Shown here: positions 29,980-37,093 of the stretch, piece after piece | Layout of the letters: each line of letters opens with the position of its first letter | How positions within the stretch are numbered: position 1 is the stretch's first letter | From: Candidatus Methylomirabilota bacterium | GTDB taxonomy: Bacteria; Methylomirabilota; Methylomirabilia; Rokubacteriales; CSP1-6 | Assembly (NCBI GenBank): GCA_046726415.1 | Contig: JBKPAK010000080.1 | Span: forward strand, 1-37,093 | Length of the DNA stretch: 37,093 nt | Reading direction: 5' to 3' | Translations under genes and position numbers: made by a program | The notes under the pieces: model-generated | Told to the model about the DNA's origin: nothing | Seen by the model: the letters and a program-made list of their open reading frames with translations, nothing else | Database searches by the model: none

Positions 29980-31389
29980 TCAGCGCCCCCGGCGCCACCA
30001 GTGGTGAACGAGGTTATCGACCACTTCCCCGAGCTGTCCAATAGTGCGGCACTCGCGCACGATGTCGCAGGCTGGCGCGTAGAGCGGCATCACGCTGTCG
30101 CCGACGCCCCATCCCCACTGACCCTCGGGATTCAGCCAGATGATGCCCTTCACGCGCTCGCGGATCAGACGCAGGGCCCACGCCTGCGGGTCGTTGTAGT
30201 TGTTGCGGGCATCCCCCAGGATCAGGATGGTCGTCTTGCGGTCCAGCGCCTCCAGTTCGGTACGCACGAAGCGGCTGAAGGCGTAGCCGAAGTCTGAGCG
30301 GCAGTGGTAGTCGATGGGCGCGCCCTTCAGCGCCCACTCGATGGCCCGCTCCACCGGATAGGTCGCGAAGGCCTGCGTCACCTCGGCGATCTCCGAGACG
30401 AAGGCGTAGGAGCGGACCCGGCTGAAGCATTCCTGCAGGTTCCACACGAGCTGGAGCATGAAGCGGGAGGCGTTGCGCACCGAATCCGACACGTCGCAGA
30501 CGGTCACGAGCTTGGGCTTCTCGCGGTGGCGCCGCCGCAGTTTCACCTCCATGGGGATGCCGTCGTACTGCAGGCTGTGGCGGATGGTCCGCCGCGTGTC
30601 GAGTCGCCCGCGCTCCTCTTGGCGCTGGCGCAGGGCGAGGGCGTCCTTGATCTTGCGGGCCAGCCGCGCCACCACCGTGCGCATCTGGGCGACCTCGTCG
30701 GGGGTCAGGGCGAAGAGGGGCTTCTCGGACAGCACCTCGCGCGTGAGCTTTTCCCCCTGGCGGTAGGCGCGCCGCTCCAGCTCGCGCTGGACGTGCTGGC
30801 GAATCATCCGGCGAAAGGCCTCCAGGCGGAGCTCCAGGTAGTTGCGGATGCGGGCGAGGGCACCTGGGTCGAGGCCTTGCGCGGCGAGAAGCTGCATGAT
30901 GCGCTCGAGATCGCGCTCCACCGCCGACCAGTCGAAGTTGTCGGCGATGCGCCGGGAGAAGTGGCCCACCTGCAGGAAATACATGAGGCGCTCGAGACCG
31001 GCGTGCTGACCGCCCGCGCGAATGGCCATCTCCATCTCGCCGCCTTGCCCCTTGAGCATCAGCTCCGTCAACTCGTCAAGGGGCAGATCCGCGTCGGCCA
31101 GCAGCTGGTCCAGCAGCTCCTGCATCCTGGGATCCTCGGGACCGAGGGCCTTCTTCAAACCCTCCCCGAGGGCCTGCAGATCGAGGAAGTAGAGGTTGAA
31201 GATCCGCTCGAAGGTCGGGAGGTCGCGCGTCTCCTTCACGAGGGTGGCGGCCAGAGCGGACTTGAACACGTCGCGCGCGGTGAGCCCCACCTCAGCGGTG
31301 GCGGCCAGGGCGTCGAGCGCTTCCGAGGGGGAGATGCGCAGCTCTGCACGGCGCAGGTCTCCGATGAACTCGAGGATCCGCTGATCCAT
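29980..31389 (-). CDS. VWA domain protein (CoxE-like)
   Basis: MIDAS-like CDVSDSV, ILGDARNN and IWLNPE motifs; ATG 31389. Confidence 0.9.
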   Translation of the reverse strand: MDQRILEFIGDLRRAELRISPSEALDALAATAEVGLTARDVFKSALAATLVKETRDLPTFERIFNLYFLDLQALGEGLKKALGPEDPRMQELLDQLLADADLPLDELTELMLKGQGGEMEMAIRAGGQHAGLERLMYFLQVGHFSRRIADNFDWSAVERDLERIMQLLAAQGLDPGALARIRNYLELRLEAFRRMIRQHVQRELERRAYRQGEKLTREVLSEKPLFALTPDEVAQMRTVVARLARKIKDALALRQRQEERGRLDTRRTIRHSLQYDGIPMEVKLRRRHREKPKLVTVCDVSDSVRNASRFMLQLVWNLQECFSRVRSYAFVSEIAEVTQAFATYPVERAIEWALKGAPIDYHCRSDFGYAFSRFVRTELEALDRKTTILILGDARNNYNDPQAWALRLIRERVKGIIWLNPEGQWGWGVGDSVMPLYAPACDIVRECRTIGQLGEVVDNLVHHWWRRGR

Positions 31390-31394
31390 TAACT

Positions 31395-31434
31395 TTGGAG
31401 GGGGCGAGACGCCCCCTCCAAACCTCCCCATCTC
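31395..31434 (-). repeat. GC-rich palindromic intergenic element (divergent REP-like)
   Basis: TTTGGAGGGGGCG-AGA-CGCCCCCTCCAAA perfect stem; the minus strand starts GAGATGGGGAGG. Confidence 0.55.
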
Positions 31435-31468
31435 ACCCGGGGCGCGACCATGGGCCCTCCAGACCTCG

Positions 31469-32380
31469 TCATCGCTCGGCCAGGACTTTGTCCAGCGATC
31501 CGCGCACGCGCTCCAGATCTTTCTCGTGTTTGACCAACATGGTGAGGGTGGACTCCACCAGGGCGGGGTCCAGGGCCTGCGCGTTCAGGATGACCAGCGA
31601 GCGCGCCCAGTCCAGCGACTCTGACACCGATGGCAGCTTGCGCAGATCCATGGCCCGGATCTTCTGCACGGCCCCCACCACGGCCTGGGCCAGGTGCTGA
31701 GGAATCTCGGGGACCTTGAGCCGGATGATCTCCAACTCTTCGGCCGGCGCGGGAAAGTCGATGAAGAGGTGCAGGCAGCGCCGCTTCAGCCCATCCGACA
31801 GCTCCCGCGCGTTGTTGGAGGTGAGGACCACCAGCGGCACGTGCTTCGCGCGGATGGTGCCCAGCTCGGGCACGGACACCTGGAAATCCGACAGCACCTC
31901 GAGCAGGAAGGCCTCGAACTCCGGCTCGGCCTTGTCGATCTCATCAATCAGCAGCACGACCGGGTCTTCGGCGAGGATGGCGGAAAGCAGAGGACGCGGG
32001 GACAGGAAGCGAAACGAGAAGAAGGCATCCTCTTGGCCAGCGATCTTGGCCACCGCGTCGGGCAGCGAGGGTGCATCGGCGATCAGTTCGCCGATCCGCT
32101 CGCGCAAGAGCTGCGTGTACAGCAGCTGCTTGGCGTACTTCCACTCGTAGAGAGCTTTGCCCTCATCCAGACCCTCGTAGCACTGGAGGCGAATGAGCTT
32201 GCGGCTGGTGGTATCGGCGAGCGTCTTGGCCAGCTCGGTCTTACCGACTCCGGCGGGTCCTTCGATGAGGATCGGGCGGCCCATGCGGGCAGCCAGGTAC
32301 ACGACCGTGGAGATCCTCCGGCTGGCGATGTACCGGCCCTCCCGGAATCGATTCTGGACGTCCTCGACCGATGGGAACAT
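31469..32380 (-). CDS. MoxR-family AAA+ ATPase (CoxD-like)
   Basis: EGPAGVGKT, RLQCYEGLD, LLIDEIDK, TSN and ELSDGLKRRC motifs; SD AGGAG. Confidence 0.93.
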   Translation of the reverse strand: MFPSVEDVQNRFREGRYIASRRISTVVYLAARMGRPILIEGPAGVGKTELAKTLADTTSRKLIRLQCYEGLDEGKALYEWKYAKQLLYTQLLRERIGELIADAPSLPDAVAKIAGQEDAFFSFRFLSPRPLLSAILAEDPVVLLIDEIDKAEPEFEAFLLEVLSDFQVSVPELGTIRAKHVPLVVLTSNNARELSDGLKRRCLHLFIDFPAPAEELEIIRLKVPEIPQHLAQAVVGAVQKIRAMDLRKLPSVSESLDWARSLVILNAQALDPALVESTLTMLVKHEKDLERVRGSLDKVLAER

Positions 32381-32475
32381 GGGCGCTCCTGTGGCGGCGT
32401 GATGGGCGGCGTGAATAGGCACTCGCTCATTCTAGCGCATCGCGGCAAGCCGACGGGCGCGGTAGAATCCGCACG

Positions 32476-32829
32476 ATGAACGTGCTGCTCGTCGACGACG
32501 AGCCCATGGTGCGCGCAGTCGTCGCCGAGCTGCTCGAGTTGGACGGGCACATGGTCGCGCAGGCCGAGAGCGGCCAGGCCGCGCTCGCCTTCCTGGCCCG
32601 CGACAAGCGCGTCGACCTCGTGCTCGCCGACGTCGCGATGCCCCGCATGAATGGATGGGCACTGGCCCGGGAGATCAAGGCGCGCTACCCCACCATGCGC
32701 ATCGGGCTGATCACGGGCTACGGTGAAACCGGGCCCCGCGATCCCCTCGAGTGCTCGGTAGTCGACTTCGTCCTCACCAAGCCTCTTTCTGAGGAGACCC
32801 TGCGGACGATCGGACCGGTGGACGGCTGA
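32476..32829 (+). CDS. Single-domain response regulator receiver
   Basis: VLLVDDE, D..MPRMNG, TG and KP motifs; TAGAAT at 32463-32468 suggests a leaderless mRNA. Confidence 0.88.
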   Translation: MNVLLVDDEPMVRAVVAELLELDGHMVAQAESGQAALAFLARDKRVDLVLADVAMPRMNGWALAREIKARYPTMRIGLITGYGETGPRDPLECSVVDFVLTKPLSEETLRTIGPVDG

Positions 32830-33730
32830 GCCCCTTGGCTCGCGAGGGTCGCCGCCAACCTGTCGAGCGCGGCCAGCACAGTCGTCAATGCTGGCCCGAG
32901 CGGCTTGTCCCGCCGACGAACGACCCCGAGTGACCGCACGAGCGGAGGACGCAGCGGCATCACGTGTAACCGACCGGCCCGCCCCTCGGCGCGCACCGTG
33001 ATGCCCGAGGTGATGGCGATTCCGAGCCCCGCTCCGACCAGCTTCTTGATGGCCTCCACATTGCCCAATTCCATGGCGATGCGCGGAACCGCGCCCCCTC
33101 GCCGAAACCAGGCGTCGATGATTCGCCGAATCGTGCCGCCCGATTCGTAGACGATGAGGGGATGCGCGGCCAGCGCGGAGGGCGTGAGGGGTTGGCGAGG
33201 CCACCGGCCCTCGGGCGCGGCGATGGTCACCAGGGCATCGTCGAAGAAGGGCGCCACCGCGAGGTGGCGCCGCGACACCGGCAGTGACGCGATGGCCAGA
33301 TCCAGCTCGTGGGCGACAACCTTTCCGACAATCTCTGGGGCATTGCCGGTCACCACCACCAGCTCCAGCTCGGGGTAGCGCACCCGCAAGCGTCGCAGCA
33401 ACGTCGGCAACAGGTAGATACTGGCTTGGCGCCGGTGCCCAGCCGGACCCGGCCCGCCACCGCGCCGCGCAGGCGCTGGACCGCCTGGTATCCCGCCTCC
33501 AGTTCGGCGATGGCACGCCCAGCGTGCTCGAGGAGCACCTCGCCGGCGCGGGTCGGCAGGGCGCGCTTGCCAACTCGCTCGAGCAGCGGGAGGCCGACCA
33601 CCTCCTCCAAGTGGCGGATGTGGTGACTGACCGCCGGCTGGCTCAGCGAGAGGCGGTCGGCGGCCCGCGAAAAACTTCCCCAGCGAACGATCTCCTGCAA
33701 GGTCCGCACGTGCGCCGGCGAGATCTCCAT
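32718..33730 (-). pseudogene. LysR-family regulator split by a 1-bp frameshift
   Basis: HTH (GSFSRAA..L.LSQPAVS) in one frame and substrate domain in the next; GCC A-A GCC AGT ATC at 33426-33427 restores GTGATASIYLLP if one C is added. Confidence 0.85.
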
Positions 33731-33735
33731 GACGA

Positions 33736-33768
33736 ATCGTTCGTATTACGATAATTCATTTTTCTCAT
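33736..33768. promoter_or_regulatory. AT-rich divergent operator region between LysR and GNAT
   Basis: Dyads ATCGT-N7-ACGAT and TCGTATTACGA, followed by ATAATTCATTTTTCTCAT. Confidence 0.45.
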
Positions 33769-33794
33769 CGATGCCGTGGCCCCATGCTGAAGCC

Positions 33795-34289
33795 ATGCGC
33801 GAGGTGATCATTCGCCTGGCCGGCCCCCATGACGGGGAGACCATCTGTCACATCTACAACGAGGGCATCGAGGACCGCGTGGCCACCCTGGAGACCGAGC
33901 TCCGGACGCCCGAAGAGCGCCGGGCCTGGCTGGCGAATCGGAGTTGCCGGCATCCCGTCCTGGTCGCCGAAGTCCAGGGCAAGGTGGTGGGCTGGGCGAG
34001 TCTCAACGTTTTCAATCCTCGGCCGGCCTACCGTTTTGTGGCCGACCTGTCCGTGTACGTGGCGCGATCAGCGCGCGGGACCGGAGTCGGTTCGCGGTTG
34101 CTCGACAGCCTCGTCACGCTGGCTGGCGAACTCGGATATCACAAGGTGGTGCTGGCGGCCTTTCCCACCAACGCCGCGGGCATGGCCCTGTACACCAAGC
34201 ACGGCTTCCACGCGGTTGGCATCTACCGCGAACAGGGACAACTCGACGGCCGCTGGGTGGACGTCATCGCGATGGAGCGCCTGCTCTAG
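33795..34289 (+). CDS. GNAT N-acetyltransferase (phosphinothricin/arsinothricin ArsN1-like)
   Basis: IYNEGIEDRVATLETE, SVYV...RGTGVG and G.YREQGQLDGRWVDV motifs. Confidence 0.9.
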   Translation: MREVIIRLAGPHDGETICHIYNEGIEDRVATLETELRTPEERRAWLANRSCRHPVLVAEVQGKVVGWASLNVFNPRPAYRFVADLSVYVARSARGTGVGSRLLDSLVTLAGELGYHKVVLAAFPTNAAGMALYTKHGFHAVGIYREQGQLDGRWVDVIAMERLL

Positions 34290-34737
34290 CTGAGCTCCTT
34301 TCCGGTGCGGAAACGAGGACACGCGGCCCCCTTTTCCGCGAGGGGGATGCCGCGCTTCGCGCCCAACCGGAGGGCATTCGCCGGCGATGGTGACGCCCAT
34401 ACGCGCGATGGTGAGAGAGCCACTGGTCCCCGATGGGCGGGCCGGCCGGCCCGGTTTATCCGGCGTTGGCCGGCGGAGATCGTAATAAATGGTGGGGTTG
34501 CCGTCCAGTCGCGAGCCGGAGCTGCCGCCATCAGCGTGACGCATCGGCGGGGAGACCCCGCACGCCGTCATCGGAGAGGCCGCGACCCTGTACACGCGGC
34601 GACTGCGGGGCCGAGGATCGCCGACCGAGTCCCCTGATCGATCGGATGTCGCGCAGCCCGATTCGGTGTCGTTCTCGTTAAAGGCGGTGTCGCCGAACCG
34701 TTGACCACCAGCCCGGGCCCCTGCCCCTCCGTCTTGC

Positions 34738-36369
34738 TCAGTTCAGCATCAGCGCTCCAGGAAGTCTCCGCACGATGGACTGACGGTAACTGAGTTGCCG
34801 ACGCGCGACTTCGTGCGCGGCGCCGTTGCGGGCATCGGTGACCACCACTCCGTTTCTCAGCAGTTCGGCGTCGAGCGCCCGCGGCTGATGCAGCATTTCC
34901 CCGAGCGTGCCGGCATGGGTCGCGACCACATCACCCAGGAAGGCCGGTACCACATCGACCACCGGTTGCCGTGAGGCGACGACGAAACTGTTGCCACTGT
35001 CACGCGGTCGGTAGAGCACCATCGCCGGCAGCTCAGCCTGCAGCGTCACCAGAAAGTCAGGATCGGCGTAAGCGGCGGGATCTTCCACATCCGTAAACTT
35101 GTTGAATATCGTCACTCCGTGGGTCCCGAGGCAGTTCCTGAGAGCCGCAAAAAACTCGCGGGTGAGCAGATAGTCGGGCAGGCCGTCGCCGTGGAAGAGG
35201 TCCACGATGATGACGTCGTAGCGTTTGCCGCAGCGGCGCAGATAGGTGCGTGCGTCTTGCACGTGCGCCGTCACGAGCCGCGGTTCGAAGCCGAAATAGC
35301 GCTGGGCGACGGTCAAAGACGTCGGATTGATCTCCACCACGTCGGTCTCAATGTTTCGGCGCGCGAGCCGCATCGGGACGATCCCCGCCCCCAGGCCCAG
35401 CACCAGCGCGGAACGCAGGTCTGGCCGATACGCAAGGGCAAGCGCCTCGAGCGCGTAGGTGGGGAACGCCAACGATACGCCGTTGGAGTCGACGATGTTC
35501 TGTATCACGCCGTCCTGATAGTAGATGCGCATAAAGCGTCCGCTGCCGTCGAGCGGCTCGCTTTTCAGCACCTTCACCGTACCGAAGAGGGAACTCAGGC
35601 TCGCCTCCACCTGCCAACGCGCGCCAGTGTGACTCACGACCCACGTGCGCCCGGTGTACCTGTCGGCGGTCCACAGCAGGGCCGCCGCGGCGGCCAGCGC
35701 GGCGATGGCGGCGACGCGCGGCGTCCCCCCGCCACGCCGGCCCAGCCGCAGGGTCGTGAGGGTCACGAGCGGCAGCGAGGCGAGCGCAATTGCGATCACC
35801 AGCACGGCGTCGAAATTGGCGAGATGCGGGATGAGGCCGAAGGCGGTCAGCAGCACGCCGGCTACGGAGCCTAGCGTGCTGATGAAGAACACTCGTCCGG
35901 CGCCGGCGTCCCCCGTCCGGTTGACGCTGGGCCGGGGGCGACCCTTCTCATCGAGTCCCCGGACAAGCAGGATAGCCACCAGCAGCGGGTTCATGGCAGA
36001 GGTGGCGGTGAGCGGAAGCAGGAGCAGCACGGTGGCGCCGACGAACGCGCCACGGACCAGATCATACCGCGCCAGCCATGGGAAGAGGTAAGGATAGACG
36101 AGGCACGCCACGACCAGCGCGGCCGACGCGACCGCCGGCATAGCGAGGAATAACCGCACCAGGTGGTCGTGCGACAGCTCACCCGTGAGTTTCCGCGCCG
36201 CGAGCCTGCCGCCAGCCCAATACCCTAACGCGAGCGAGGTCAGCGTGATCGACAGTATCCCGGCCCAGATATAGAGGCTGACGCCAAAGTACGGCGCCAT
36301 GATGCGCGATGCCAGCAGCTCCAGCGCGAGCACGGCCGCACCCGTTACAAAGATGACCGCGTTCAGCAC
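34738..36369 (-). CDS. Fused membrane (MFS-like)/spermidine synthase-like protein
   Basis: N-terminal TMs (LELLASR..APYFG.S.Y.W), LVLGLGAG, VEIN, DAR and YDVIIVDLF motifs. Confidence 0.9.
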   Translation of the reverse strand: MLNAVIFVTGAAVLALELLASRIMAPYFGVSLYIWAGILSITLTSLALGYWAGGRLAARKLTGELSHDHLVRLFLAMPAVASAALVVACLVYPYLFPWLARYDLVRGAFVGATVLLLLPLTATSAMNPLLVAILLVRGLDEKGRPRPSVNRTGDAGAGRVFFISTLGSVAGVLLTAFGLIPHLANFDAVLVIAIALASLPLVTLTTLRLGRRGGGTPRVAAIAALAAAAALLWTADRYTGRTWVVSHTGARWQVEASLSSLFGTVKVLKSEPLDGSGRFMRIYYQDGVIQNIVDSNGVSLAFPTYALEALALAYRPDLRSALVLGLGAGIVPMRLARRNIETDVVEINPTSLTVAQRYFGFEPRLVTAHVQDARTYLRRCGKRYDVIIVDLFHGDGLPDYLLTREFFAALRNCLGTHGVTIFNKFTDVEDPAAYADPDFLVTLQAELPAMVLYRPRDSGNSFVVASRQPVVDVVPAFLGDVVATHAGTLGEMLHQPRALDAELLRNGVVVTDARNGAAHEVARRQLSYRQSIVRRLPGALMLN

Positions 36370-36923
36370 CGGGGTTTTTTACCCCACGCATACGGAGTCT
36401 GTCAAATTTGAACAGGATCGGCGTAAACTCTCACCGGCGAAGGCGGTTCTCTCGCTGACGGGTTGCGGGTCGTCGCGTCGATTACCCATATCGCCTGGGC
36501 GTCTCGGTGATGAGCGTCCCGTGACACGCCGTCGGGCTATGCCGTGCTCCCCCGAGCCCCCTCGCCGTCAGGGACACAGATGATCCACGCACCGGCGATG
36601 TCCTGAGCTCCAGTCACGGCGAATCGCCAGGCCGCGGGCGAGCCTCCTGCCGAGGACGCCGAACGTGCGCCGCCCCCCGGGCCCGAGCCGCTCAAGAGCC
36701 GCCCATCGGTGCCGCGCGTGCCGTGACTTCTTGATGGAAAAGCGGCTCGCCACGATCTCCCACATCGCGTCGGACCGGTGGTGATGATCGTCCGGTGGTG
36801 AGCCAGATTGCCGTTCGGCCAACCGATCTGCCGCCGGGCAGGGAGGTGGTGCGTACGCCTCGGCCGGAGCATGCGTCTGCCGCCCACGGCGAGCCGTGAG
36901 CGGGCAACCGCGTCGCGGGAACA

Positions 36924-36968
36924 TGGTGCGCCCGGGAGGAATTGAACCCCCGACCTTCAGGTTCGAAG
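36924..36968 (-). mobile_element. att site: 3' half of tRNA-Arg(UCG), edge of an integrative element lying to the right
   Basis: Reverse complement CTTCGAACCTGAAGGTCGGGGGTTCAATTCCTCCCGGGCGCACCA; tRNA similarity stops exactly at the 5' edge of the 7-nt anticodon loop. Confidence 0.85.
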
Positions 36969-36980
36969 GGCATCCCGGGC

Positions 36981-37020
36981 CGCGACAGGAACCGACACCA
37001 ACCGACAGCAGCCGAAAGCC
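36981..37020 (+). repeat. Four phased 10-bp direct repeats (integrase arm-site-like)
   Basis: CGCGACAGGA / ACCGACACCA / ACCGACAGCA / GCCGAAAGCC, 12 bp from the tRNA fragment. Confidence 0.6.
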
Positions 37021-37093
37021 TCGCCGAAAATTTCAATAGTTCCGTTGAAGAGCGTGTATTAACGTCAGCTAGTTGCAGCTGGCGCTTCGAGCA

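Noticed and set aside
29980-32380. CO dehydrogenase (cox) cluster
   Set aside because: Only CoxD/CoxE-like chaperones are present; no coxL/M/S in the window.
36370-36923. ORFs 36537..36887 and 36568..36924
   Set aside because: Arg/Pro-rich, no SD and no motifs; cannot be supported.
36924-36968. Intact or intron-containing tRNA-Arg
   Set aside because: No 5' half in the remaining 125 bp; the break at the loop edge plus arm-like repeats fits an att site better.

Overview
High-GC bacterial chromosomal window of mostly housekeeping and metabolic genes. The gene content (LpxD, LapA, aerobic-type rubrerythrin cluster, UGSC selenoprotein) and GC-rich intergenic palindromes suggest a diderm environmental lineage such as Ca. 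Rokubacteria; this is inference only. Left to right: FAH hydrolase, apgM, LapA, PmtA-like methyltransferase and a hydrolase (+); a long minus-strand run (tRNA-Met, enoyl-CoA hydratase, GT4, two PTPS genes, folE, SDR, IscA-like, MoaD-MoaE fusion, tilS, sigma54 response regulator); an accessory patch beside the tRNA; a ~70% Asp/Glu protein and a PuuD-like gene; a PerR-rubrerythrin-RFO-DUF3501-cytochrome c operon; uvrA; a thiolase-like/DUF35 pair; fabF-ACP-lpxD; a 68/69-bp tandem array; a MoxR-VWA-DUF3047-partner-UGSC selenoprotein run; a receiver protein; a frameshifted LysR; a GNAT; a fused spermidine synthase; and a tRNA-Arg 3' half marking an att site. The best candidates for novel biology are: (1) a translationally coupled putative tetrahydrobiopterin-glycoside operon with a split two-gene PTPS; (2) a UGA-recoded selenoprotein with a SECIS-like hairpin that the ORF track splits in two; (3) a REP-like head plus ~69-bp tandem-array element seen twice; (4) a dedicated fabF-ACP-lpxD lipid A acylation module.
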